The notes under the pieces were generated by a model that saw only the letters and a list, made by a program, of their open reading frames with translations, did no database searches and was not told where the DNA came from. The position numbers and the translations under genes are program-made. This document shows positions 10,236-18,983 of a stretch of 64,000 nucleotides of DNA, piece by piece (the stretch's first letter is position 1; each line of letters starts with the position of its first letter). Source of the DNA: an uncultured Arcobacteraceae bacterium (GTDB lineage: Bacteria; Campylobacterota; Campylobacteria; Campylobacterales; Arcobacteraceae); NCBI GenBank assembly GCA_964022095.1, contig CAXHZO010000001.1:32001-96000 (forward strand), written 5' to 3'.

Positions 10236-10676
10236 ATGTTAATTGATAAAAACAATCTACCATTAGTTGCAGAAGATTTCATGAACGATGTACACCTTGA
10301 AGATGTAGAGATTATAAATGAATTATATGAAAAAGTAATAAGCTATAAAAACAATAACAATGAAGAAAATAAAAAAGAAGTAATAGCTATATATGAAAAA
10401 TGGTATGAACATACAATAAATCATTTCAAAGGAGAAGAAGACAAGATGATAGAAATGCACTTTCCTCCATATATGATGCATAAAGGTGAGCATGAAAAAT
10501 GTTTAGAAGATATGAAACATGTATTAGAAAACTTTTCAAATACAAGTGATGAAGAAGCACTAATTAAATATCTAGAAGAAGATTTAATCAACTGGTTAAT
10601 AAATCATATTCAAACTATGGATACAGTAACAGCAATGTTTTTTAAAACTGGTCTTAGTCCTTGTTCTATGAATTAA
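10236..10676 (+). CDS. Single-domain bacteriohemerythrin
   Basis: H...HFxxEE..M.....P....HKGEH...WL.NHI...D di-iron ligand set. Confidence 0.92.
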   Translation: MLIDKNNLPLVAEDFMNDVHLEDVEIINELYEKVISYKNNNNEENKKEVIAIYEKWYEHTINHFKGEEDKMIEMHFPPYMMHKGEHEKCLEDMKHVLENFSNTSDEEALIKYLEEDLINWLINHIQTMDTVTAMFFKTGLSPCSMN

Positions 10677-10700
10677 GGCTCATAATGAGCCTTAATTTTT
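10671..10700. terminator. Intrinsic terminator between hemerythrin and peroxiredoxin
   Basis: AATTAAGGCTCA-taa-TGAGCCTTAATT followed by a T-run. Confidence 0.75.
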
Positions 10701-10736
10701 AAAATTGTATTATTAATATTTATTTTAAGTCTATTG

Positions 10737-11438
10737 TTAAGACATAATTTCATCAATAGTAATATAATCACCTACTCTTCCAGTCATTTGTTCTACATCT
10801 GTATTTACAGGAAGTGTTTTTTTACCTGGTTTCCATCCTGCTGGACAAACTTCACCTGTTTTCTCTGCATGTTGCCATGCTCTTACTTGTCTAATAAACT
10901 CATGAACATTTCTTCCAACCATTGGTGCTTGTACTTCTTGTGCTACAACAGTTCCTTCTGGATTAATTAAAAATCTACCTCTAAGTGCAATCCCTTCTTC
11001 TTCGATCATAACACCAAATGCTCTACTTACATCACCTTTTGGGTCTGCACCAATTGTTAATTGTAAACCGTCTAATAATGGTTCAGTTTCAACAAATCTT
11101 TTATGAGAAAACTTAGTATCTGTTGATACAGCCAAAATTTCTACTCCAAGTTCATCAAATTCTGATTTCATTGCATTCATAGCTGCAATTTCAGTTGGAC
11201 AAACAAAAGTAAAATCTGCAGGATAAAAACAAACTACACTCCACTTTCCTTCATAATCTTCACTTGATACTGTTTGGTAATGACCTGTTTTTGCATTATA
11301 TGCATCCATTTTAAACTCTGGGGCTTTTCTTAAAACTAAACTTGAACTCATTTTTTCTTCCTTTTTTTTCTCTATATTTTCATTATTTATATTATTTTCA
11401 TTTTCTTCGATTGGTTTTGAACCTGTATCACAAGCCAT
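10737..11438 (-). CDS. ahpC: 2-Cys peroxiredoxin (AhpC/Prx1 family)
   Basis: FYPADFTFVCPTE peroxidatic and GEVCPAGW resolving motifs; start set at ATG 11438 (AAGGAG SD); second SD-ATG at 11351. Confidence 0.9.
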   Translation of the reverse strand: MACDTGSKPIEENENNINNENIEKKKEEKMSSSLVLRKAPEFKMDAYNAKTGHYQTVSSEDYEGKWSVVCFYPADFTFVCPTEIAAMNAMKSEFDELGVEILAVSTDTKFSHKRFVETEPLLDGLQLTIGADPKGDVSRAFGVMIEEEGIALRGRFLINPEGTVVAQEVQAPMVGRNVHEFIRQVRAWQHAEKTGEVCPAGWKPGKKTLPVNTDVEQMTGRVGDYITIDEIMS

Positions 11439-11453
11439 AATATTCTCCTTTTC

Positions 11454-11476
11454 CAAAGGATAATAATTATCCTTTG
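11454..11476. promoter_or_regulatory. Fur/PerR-type operator upstream of ahpC
   Basis: Perfect 11-1-11 palindrome CAAAGGATAAT-A-ATTATCCTTTG with a GATAAT-N-ATTATC core. Confidence 0.65.
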
Positions 11477-11626
11477 ATAAAAATATTATAATACTTATAT
11501 TCTTTACTATAGCTTAAATTATAAATTTTTATTATAAAAATATAATAAGTTTTACTTATACTACTTTCTTTACAAACTCTAAACAAAAAACAAATAAAAT
11601 ATTCCTACAAAAACAAAGGAATAAAA

Positions 11627-11992
11627 ATGAAAAAACTACTATTCATTTTGCTATTTCTTACTTCATCAGTTTTTGCATTTGAAGATTTAACAGATGCAAC
11701 TTTTGATAAAAAAATAGCAAATAAAAAAGTAATAGTAGATTTCTATTCAGTATATTGAGGTTCTTGTAAGATTCTAGGTAAGAATTTAACAAACTTTAGC
11801 ACAAGTACCAAGCCAGCTGATGTAGAAATCTATAAGGTAGAGATATCTGATCAAAAAGCAATTGCAGCTAGATTTAATGCCTTTGCAGTGCCTATGTTAG
11901 TTTATTTTAAAAATGGCAAAGAAGTTGCTAGGGAAATTGGTGTTAGAAGTGTTAAACAACTAGAAGAAAATGTAAACAAATATTTAAAATAA
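11627..11992 (+). CDS. Exported thioredoxin-family selenoprotein (UxxC), 121 aa; not in the ORF track
   Basis: AAGGA SD; ATG 11627; MKKLLFILLFLTSSVFA-FEDLTDATFDKKIANKKVIVDFYSVY-U(TGA 11756-11758)-GSCKILGKNL...AARFNAFAVPMLVYFKNGKEVAREIG...KYLK-TAA; the thioredoxin fold continues in frame across the TGA. Confidence 0.88.
11759..11792 (+). promoter_or_regulatory. Bacterial SECIS-like hairpin
   Basis: Stem UUGUAAGAUUCU (11764-75) / AGAAUUUAACAA (11781-92), 11 of 12 paired, loop AGGUA starting after a 17-nt spacer from the UGA. Confidence 0.75.
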
Positions 11993-12013
11993 AAGAGTCA
12001 TCTCTTTTATTTT
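11986..12013. terminator. Bidirectional terminator after the seleno-thioredoxin
   Basis: AAAATAAAAGAG-tcat-CTCTTTTATTTT. Confidence 0.65.
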
Positions 12014-12206
12014 AAAACTCATTACCATCAATACTATCATATGAGTAACTACTAATTACTCCATCTTCAACACTATATGAAATCTCAATTGGCCTACAAC
12101 AAACTTCACAATCATCTACTAAAGTTGTGTGTTCATAAACTCCTGTATCAATTAAAACTGAAATTGCTTGCAGACAGTATGGACATGTGATATTTAACTC
12201 TTCCAT
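12012..12206 (-). CDS. CPXCG-motif cysteine-rich protein
   Basis: CPYC...DDCEVCCRPI signature. Confidence 0.85.
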   Translation of the reverse strand: MEELNITCPYCLQAISVLIDTGVYEHTTLVDDCEVCCRPIEISYSVEDGVISSYSYDSIDGNEF

Positions 12207-12307
12207 GATTTACCTTTTTTTACATTTAGCATTAATTCTACACTAATTTATACTCTTTTCATACAAAAAACATTAGAATAAACAAAAAAATTATAACTAG
12301 GAACGTT

Positions 12308-13309
12308 ATGCACTTAATACAGAAATTCCGTAAGATACTTAAAAGAAAAGGAATAGACCTACTAATAAATATTTTAAGTTTATTTATTGTCGTATCTTTT
12401 TTATTTGGTATATATATTTATGAATATGAAGATAAAAACTTTATAGATACTCTTTACTATTTATTTACAACTGCTACAACTGTTGGATATGGAGATATCA
12501 GTCCCCAAACAGACCTAGGAAAAATCCTTAGTATCTTTTATATGGTAGTTTCAATAGCTCTTTTAGGGGTAATAATAGGGATTTTCACAGAACAATTTAT
12601 TGCAAAACTAGAAAAAAGAAAAAAAGGAAATATAAGAATGAAGAAGAACATTGACCTTATGATTTTAGGATATCCAAGTGAAGATAAGATTAGAGAAATT
12701 GTTACTCAACTAAGAGGTCACTCTTCATGGGAATACAAAACTATAGTTTGTGTAACTGATAACTTACATGAAAGACCAATTTGGTTTGAAAGTTTAAATA
12801 TTGAGTTCAAAAAAGGAGTTGCAAGTTTAAAAGATGTATTAATTGATGCAGGTATTATGAATACAAAAACGGCTTTGATTCTAGCCCAAGATGCAAATAA
12901 TGTAAAATCAGATGATTATACAAGCTCAATTTCCTTAGTTATTGAAACAATAAATAAAGACGTAAGAACAATAGTTGAAAAAGTAAGAGAAGATGACACT
13001 TTATTTCAAGCTTGCAATGCAGATGTAATAACAAGGGTTTTAAGTCCCCACGTACTTGCTCAAGAAGTACTATATAAAGGTGCTATTCAACTACAAAATG
13101 AGATGTTTGATAATACTACTAAAACTTCACAAATCAATCAAGAAATCAAAGAAGATATAACTTGGGGTGAATTAGCCATAAAACTAATAAAAGAAAATAA
13201 AATCCCTGAGGGTTATTTACTAAAAGGGGAAGATCAATTTAATCTTAGTCCAAAATTTGAAGACACTATAAGTGCAGGCTCATTAATTAAGTTTAGAGGT
13301 CAACTTTAA
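12308..13309 (+). CDS. 2-TM potassium channel with RCK (TrkA-N) domain
   Basis: Selectivity filter TTVGYGD, two TM helices, C-terminal Rossmann-like RCK domain. Confidence 0.92.
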   Translation: MHLIQKFRKILKRKGIDLLINILSLFIVVSFLFGIYIYEYEDKNFIDTLYYLFTTATTVGYGDISPQTDLGKILSIFYMVVSIALLGVIIGIFTEQFIAKLEKRKKGNIRMKKNIDLMILGYPSEDKIREIVTQLRGHSSWEYKTIVCVTDNLHERPIWFESLNIEFKKGVASLKDVLIDAGIMNTKTALILAQDANNVKSDDYTSSISLVIETINKDVRTIVEKVREDDTLFQACNADVITRVLSPHVLAQEVLYKGAIQLQNEMFDNTTKTSQINQEIKEDITWGELAIKLIKENKIPEGYLLKGEDQFNLSPKFEDTISAGSLIKFRGQL

Positions 13310-13402
13310 ACTTAATATATAACTTATTTTTATATTAATTATTACTGTATTTTTTATCAAAGAAAAAATTAGATATAATCCCATTAAAAATATAGGTAAA
13401 TC

Positions 13403-14554
13403 ATGAATAAACATATAGAAACTAACTTAAGCCATATTGCATCATTTGCACCCTTTGTTGATGTTGCAGGAGCTTCACACTTCCCAATATACAATACTGG
13501 AACATTTGATTTAAAAAAACAAAATGGCGATAAAATATATGATTATACAAGAAGTGATAACCCAACAAGAGAGATGTTAGAAAATCTTTTCACTGAAGTT
13601 GAAAAAGGTGCTGGTTGTGTATGTACTCATACGGGAATTGCATCTGTTGCACTTTTATTTGAAACCGTATTAAAAGCAAACTCGCACATCTTAGTGGAAG
13701 CTGATTGTTATGGTGGAACATTTAGATTATTAAAAGTGTTTAAAGAGAAATACAACATCACTGTTCACTTTGCAAACTTTTTAGAGTTTGATGAAATGGA
13801 AAAAATCTTAAGTGAAAATCCTATTGATTTAGTTTTATGTGAAAGCCCAACAAACCCAGGTCTTAAAATTATAGATCTAAAATCAGTTGCAAAACTATCA
13901 CATAAATACCATGCCCTATTTGCAGTTGATAATTCACTTGCAACTTTTATATCACAACGACCTTTAGAGCTTGGTGCTGACTTTAGTCTTTTTTCAACAA
14001 CAAAATATATCTCAGGTCATGGTGCAGTTGTTGCAGGAGCAATAGTAGCTAAAACACAAGAGCTTGCAGATGAAATTCATTACTATGCAAATGCACATGG
14101 TAGAAGCCAAAACCCAATGGATGTATATTTAATAACACTTGGAATTCCAACACTAAAAGTTAGAATGGTAGAGCATGAAAAAGTATCTATTAAAATTGCA
14201 GAATTTTTAGAAGAGCAAGAGTACATCACAAAAGTGACTCACCCAGCATTAAAATCACATCCACAGTATGATTTAGCAAAAGAGCAAATGGATTATATTC
14301 CTGGTGTTTTTTGTGCAGATTTTCAAAGCTTAGAACTTGCAGAAAAGTTTATTGAAAATACTAAAATATTTGGTGAAAAATGTTCATTTGGTAGCCCTGA
14401 TTCAAGAGTTGAAATTCCAGCTAAGATTTCCCATGCTTCTTTTTCTAAAGAAGAACTTGAAGCTATTGGAATAGCAGAAGGAACTGTAAGATTTTCTATT
14501 GGTTTAGAAAATTTTGAAGACCTAATTGAAGATATCAAACAAGCAGTAAAGTAG
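13403..14554 (+). CDS. Cys/Met metabolism PLP enzyme (cystathionine gamma-synthase/beta-lyase family)
   Basis: YDYTRSDNPT, YGGT, ESPTNP, DNS and STTKYISGH motifs. Confidence 0.9.
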   Translation: MNKHIETNLSHIASFAPFVDVAGASHFPIYNTGTFDLKKQNGDKIYDYTRSDNPTREMLENLFTEVEKGAGCVCTHTGIASVALLFETVLKANSHILVEADCYGGTFRLLKVFKEKYNITVHFANFLEFDEMEKILSENPIDLVLCESPTNPGLKIIDLKSVAKLSHKYHALFAVDNSLATFISQRPLELGADFSLFSTTKYISGHGAVVAGAIVAKTQELADEIHYYANAHGRSQNPMDVYLITLGIPTLKVRMVEHEKVSIKIAEFLEEQEYITKVTHPALKSHPQYDLAKEQMDYIPGVFCADFQSLELAEKFIENTKIFGEKCSFGSPDSRVEIPAKISHASFSKEELEAIGIAEGTVRFSIGLENFEDLIEDIKQAVK

Positions 14555-14563
14555 TAAATATAG

Positions 14564-16066
14564 ATGAGCAATAGTTTTTTTAATCATATTCCTTGTGGGC
14601 AAACTCTGCCACAAAACAACATACATGCAGTGTCTGTATCTATGCCAAAACTACAAGATGTAATTGATTATGAAGAGCAAACTCCTGAAATATTGGAGAA
14701 AATAAAAAGTGCATATCCAAGATTTGTGCTACATCCATATTTAAGAGTTCTTGCAAAATATATTGAAGAAAAATACAATATAAACCAAAACTATGAAATA
14801 GTACTTTTAAGTTCACAAAAAGCAGTTGAAATTGTAAGTAATAAATACTATATTCACAATAAAATGGAAATAGATGAACTATTTGGAGTAATTTTAGTTC
14901 AAAAAGATTCAAGACAACTGCAAAATGTTTTAAAATATATTCAACATGTTGGATATAACTTATCTTCAAGATTAGCACAAGATTATCTTTTTGATATAAA
15001 AAAGATTGATAAAAAACATAAAGAAGAGTATGAAAATAGTGAAACTTCATACAATACAGTTATAAAAACTTTAAGTGATGCATATACTCAAGCAAGTGAA
15101 AACATCTGCCTAACTCCATCAGGAATGAATGCTATTTATTGTACTTTAAGAGGTATTAAAAATATTCAAGCAAGAAATGGAAGATCTGTTTTAGTGCAAC
15201 TTGGATGGTTATATTTAGATACTATGAATATAGTTGAACATTATTTTGAAGAGAATGAAAAGTTTTATGATGTATCAAATTTAGATGCCCTAGAGCACTA
15301 TTTAAAAAAAGATGGATTAAGAGTTTCAGCAATTATCACTGAAGTTCCTACAAACCCACTTTTAAAGTGCCCTAATCTACCAAAATTAAGAGCGCTTTGT
15401 GATAAGTATAATATTCCATTGGTGATTGATTCTACTTTTGCAACACCATATTTGCTAGATTTAAAACCTTATGCCGATATCTATATTGAATCTCTTACAA
15501 AATTTGCATGTGGAAATGCTGATGTTTTAATGGGTGCAATTATCTTAAATGGTGATTCTAAAATATCTCATATAAGCCAAGAATTTTTTAAATATGCGGA
15601 TATGCCTTATATCAAAGACATACAAAGAATGGCTTATGAGATAAAAAACTATAAAACTAGAATGAAAAAAGTTAGTTCAAATACTAAAAAGTTAGTTGAA
15701 TACTTCAAGTCAAGTCCAATAATTGATAAGATTTTTTATTGTTTAAGTGAAGAGAATAAGATAAACTATAAAAGTCTAATGATTGATGAAGACTCATGGG
15801 TTGGAATAGTATCTGTTACATTTAAAAAAGAGTTTGAAAAGATTTATGATAATCTAAATATGGCTAAAGGTCCTAGCTTAGGAACAGAGTTTACACTACT
15901 TATGCCTTATACTTATTTAGCTCATTATGATTATTTACAAACAGGTCAAGGACTAAAGTTCTTAGACAAAATTGGTCTACCAAAAGATTTACTTAGAATC
16001 TCTGTTGGTATTGAACCAATTGAAGAATTAATAGCTGAATTTAAAAGAGTTGAGAAACTTATCTAA
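14564..16066 (+). CDS. Long-form Cys/Met metabolism PLP enzyme (cystathionine gamma-synthase-like)
   Basis: HAVSVSMP, YPRF, PSGM, EVPTNP, SLTKF, KGPSLGTEFTL and RISVG motifs. Confidence 0.85.
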   Translation: MSNSFFNHIPCGQTLPQNNIHAVSVSMPKLQDVIDYEEQTPEILEKIKSAYPRFVLHPYLRVLAKYIEEKYNINQNYEIVLLSSQKAVEIVSNKYYIHNKMEIDELFGVILVQKDSRQLQNVLKYIQHVGYNLSSRLAQDYLFDIKKIDKKHKEEYENSETSYNTVIKTLSDAYTQASENICLTPSGMNAIYCTLRGIKNIQARNGRSVLVQLGWLYLDTMNIVEHYFEENEKFYDVSNLDALEHYLKKDGLRVSAIITEVPTNPLLKCPNLPKLRALCDKYNIPLVIDSTFATPYLLDLKPYADIYIESLTKFACGNADVLMGAIILNGDSKISHISQEFFKYADMPYIKDIQRMAYEIKNYKTRMKKVSSNTKKLVEYFKSSPIIDKIFYCLSEENKINYKSLMIDEDSWVGIVSVTFKKEFEKIYDNLNMAKGPSLGTEFTLLMPYTYLAHYDYLQTGQGLKFLDKIGLPKDLLRISVGIEPIEELIAEFKRVEKLI

Positions 16067-16404
16067 AGTTTCAACACTCCTTTAACTCTATTTACACTAT
16101 CAAGCTTACTAAGACTAAGTCTAATTATACAATCACTTGTAGCTTTTAAATCGTGGGGAATATTTCCTTCTAAAGTTAAGATATCACCTTTTACTAAATT
16201 ATGCGTTTTACCTTGAACTCCAAAATCAACACTACCATCAAAAACCTCAACAACTATTGGATATGGTGTTTTATGCTCACGCATAACTTGATTATCTTTT
16301 AAAAGTATTCTTATCTCTTTAGAAAAAGAGCTTTCAAAAAGTACTTTGATGTTTGGTTTAGATTCATTAAAAGTTAGGTCATTTAAAATATTTGTTGAAA
16401 TCAT
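16063..16404 (-). CDS. Small cupin-domain protein
   Basis: EHKTP...V..G and PH.L.A cupin motifs. Confidence 0.82.
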   Translation of the reverse strand: MISTNILNDLTFNESKPNIKVLFESSFSKEIRILLKDNQVMREHKTPYPIVVEVFDGSVDFGVQGKTHNLVKGDILTLEGNIPHDLKATSDCIIRLSLSKLDSVNRVKGVLKL

Positions 16405-16430
16405 AGAATAATCCTTTTTTATTTAAAAGA

Positions 16431-16472
16431 ATTATATCTATTTAAAAAGTAGTAAATATTGATATTAATCAA
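16431..16472 (-). promoter_or_regulatory. Class II FNR/Dnr-type promoter of the cupin gene
   Basis: Exact TTGAT-ATTA-ATCAA (16459-16472) with TATAAT (16436-16431, minus strand); geometry puts the box at about -41.5. Confidence 0.75.
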
Positions 16473-17951
16473 TTAAAAACTTACACTAATAAGTAATAAA
16501 ACTCCAAGGGCAAACATAAATACTGGTGCAAAGATTTCTAAGAAATTAGTAACCTTATGTGATTTTGAAGATACTTTGTTAAGAGAAAGTCCTAAAAATG
16601 ATGAAGCAAAAATCACAATACCCATTCCTAAACTAATAGCAATACTAGCTAGTAGTACAGAAAAATATGTTTGTAAAATAAATGCATAAACAAAAAGTAA
16701 AACAGTTCCTGGACAAGGAATTAACCCAGCAGTTAATACGAAAAACAAGTCTTGTTTTTTTCTTTGTTTTGTATCTATAAATGGCTTATTTACTGATGGT
16801 TTTACAAAATTAATATTATTTGGTTTTACGGCAAAACTTGTTGTATTTATATCCATAACACAACTACAACATTCGCAGGATTTTTTCTTTAGCTTTCTGT
16901 ATAAAATGTAAACTGATAATATCATAATCAATACTGCACAAAGAGCAGTTAAGTATGAAATAGAGTCTTCAATAAAACTATTTAAAACACTTTGTAAAAT
17001 AAATACAGAAACAACAACTAAAACAAATGCACCAATAATATGAACAAATGCTGTTGCTAAAGAGATACTAAAGGCTTGTAAAAAACTACTTTTTTGTGAT
17101 GAAAAATATGAAAAGGCTAAAGCTTTTCCATGACCAGGGCCTAAAGCATGAATAACTCCATATACAAATGATGCAAAAAGTAAAAATAAAAGCGCTAATT
17201 TATCTTCACCTTTTTCAATTTCAACTAAATACTTTTTAATATCTTTTGTATATTTTTCTAAAAATGTTAGCTCTTTTTTCTCTTCTTCTATTGTCAAATC
17301 TTCGATTAACTCTTCTTGTTTTAACTGCTCAGTTTGAGGTTCTTTAACAACATTTGATTCTATTTTTTCTTCAACAGTAGTTGTTTCATCTTTTAATATT
17401 GGAGCATCAATAGTATAAGTTATGCTATTTGGTTTATACTGTTTTTTCACCTTGTAAGGAATGGAGAAAAACTGCTTTTTATTATCAAATAAAATTAAAA
17501 AATATGCTCCATCATCATGGATTTTTATTTGTAATTTATTTTTATCAATAATTTTATAGTTTAAATCTAATTCATATTCAAAGTATAAAGATTTATTTTT
17601 GTAATGTATCTTGTAGTTTTTTACATCAAATTTATCTGTTTGATCTTTTATATTTTGTCCATAAGAGATATTTGTTAGAAAGTTTTTAGTTTCAATATAT
17701 GACACTAAAGAATCTTCAATCATTGTTAATTCTTTACCATCTAGTTTAGAGTCTAGATTCATATCATATAAACTTAAGAGTTCATCAACAAAAGCAGAAG
17801 CAAAAGTCCACCTTACTTCTGCTGTTTTAATAAACTCTTTATCTGCTTTTATATGTATTGCGACATCTGTTCGTGGTGAATATACTGCACAAAGTGAACA
17901 TGCATATATACTGTTTATAAAAAATAAGAAGGTTAATACAATTTTAATCAT
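16473..17951 (-). CDS. DUF1007-like periplasmic domain fused to a NicO/RcnA-type metal transporter (ZevA-ZevB-like fusion)
   Basis: Signal peptide followed by CSLC, EF-hand-like DMNLDSKLD, then YGVIHALGPGHGK and GLIPCPG RcnA/NicO motifs. Confidence 0.8.
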   Translation of the reverse strand: MIKIVLTFLFFINSIYACSLCAVYSPRTDVAIHIKADKEFIKTAEVRWTFASAFVDELLSLYDMNLDSKLDGKELTMIEDSLVSYIETKNFLTNISYGQNIKDQTDKFDVKNYKIHYKNKSLYFEYELDLNYKIIDKNKLQIKIHDDGAYFLILFDNKKQFFSIPYKVKKQYKPNSITYTIDAPILKDETTTVEEKIESNVVKEPQTEQLKQEELIEDLTIEEEKKELTFLEKYTKDIKKYLVEIEKGEDKLALLFLLFASFVYGVIHALGPGHGKALAFSYFSSQKSSFLQAFSISLATAFVHIIGAFVLVVVSVFILQSVLNSFIEDSISYLTALCAVLIMILSVYILYRKLKKKSCECCSCVMDINTTSFAVKPNNINFVKPSVNKPFIDTKQRKKQDLFFVLTAGLIPCPGTVLLFVYAFILQTYFSVLLASIAISLGMGIVIFASSFLGLSLNKVSSKSHKVTNFLEIFAPVFMFALGVLLLISVSF

Positions 17952-18853
17952 TTATAGCTTTTTACAATTTCCTTCGCTGTTTTTACTAATTCTTTACTCC
18001 ATTGTAAACTTAGTGGATCAATTGTAACAACATTTGCATTTAAACTTTTTGAAATTGTTTTTGCACTATTTTGTGAAAATTGAGGTGCAACAAAAACAAT
18101 TTTTATATTATGTTTTTTTGCATCTTCTATCATCTCAACCATCTCATTTGGTTTTGGTTCTTTTCCTTCAACTTCAATTGCTATTTGTTCCAAATCATAT
18201 CTTTTAGCAAAATATCCCCATGATGGATGAAATACCATAAACTCTTTATGAGTAGTCTCTTCTAAAATATTTTTTATATCATTATGTAAGATATTTAACT
18301 CTTTCATAAAGTTTTCATAATTTTTTTCATAAAAATCTTTATTTGAAGAATCAATCTTTACAACTGCATCTAAAATATTTTTAGCTTGCATTTTAACTAA
18401 AACTGGATCTAACCATACATGTGGATCTAAACCAGCATGTTCGTGGTGATCTTCATCATGATCTTCATGTTTTTCATGTTTGTGCTCGTCATGTTCATCA
18501 TGATCTTTTTCTCCATGTGAATGCTTTTCCATTGCAATTTTTTCTATACCATGGGAAGTGTCAACAAAAAGTGTATTTTTTGCATTTTGTTTAAATCTCT
18601 CTAACCATACATTTTCAAATGGAACCCCAATTGAAAAATATACATCTGATTTAACTAAATCTCTCATTTGAGATGACTTTGGTTCATACGTTGCAGGAGA
18701 TGCTCCTGGTTTTACCATTACATTAATATTAAAATTATCACCTACAATTTTTTGTACAAAATATTTTTGAGGTAAGATACTTACTGTAATCTCTTTTGCA
18801 TTTGCAAAAATTGAAACTAATAAAAACATTAAAACTATTGAAATTTTTTTCAC
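17948..18853 (-). CDS. ZnuA/cluster A-I metal-binding protein
   Basis: PGASPATYEP, His/Asp/Glu-rich loop, DPHVWLDP, HPSWGYF. Confidence 0.93.
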   Translation of the reverse strand: MKKISIVLMFLLVSIFANAKEITVSILPQKYFVQKIVGDNFNINVMVKPGASPATYEPKSSQMRDLVKSDVYFSIGVPFENVWLERFKQNAKNTLFVDTSHGIEKIAMEKHSHGEKDHDEHDEHKHEKHEDHDEDHHEHAGLDPHVWLDPVLVKMQAKNILDAVVKIDSSNKDFYEKNYENFMKELNILHNDIKNILEETTHKEFMVFHPSWGYFAKRYDLEQIAIEVEGKEPKPNEMVEMIEDAKKHNIKIVFVAPQFSQNSAKTISKSLNANVVTIDPLSLQWSKELVKTAKEIVKSYK

Positions 18854-18887
18854 TTTATTATTCCTTCTTTAAAACTTTTTAATTTCT

Positions 18888-18947
18888 TGCAACTTAGTTG
18901 CGATTTTGAATTCTATTTAATTTATTCTTTAATGCAACTTAGTTGTA
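18888..18947. promoter_or_regulatory. Two 7-1-7 palindromes, probable Zur boxes
   Basis: TGCAACT-T-AGTTGCG (18888-18902) and TGCAACT-T-AGTTGTA (18933-18947) between the divergent znuA-like and Fur-family genes. Confidence 0.75.
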
Positions 18948-18983
18948 AAACTAATTTTAAATCTAAATTGATATAATATTAAC

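Noticed and set aside
18430-18530. Repetitive CAT/GAT-rich DNA
   Set aside because: It encodes the normal His/Asp/Glu-rich loop of the ZnuA-like protein
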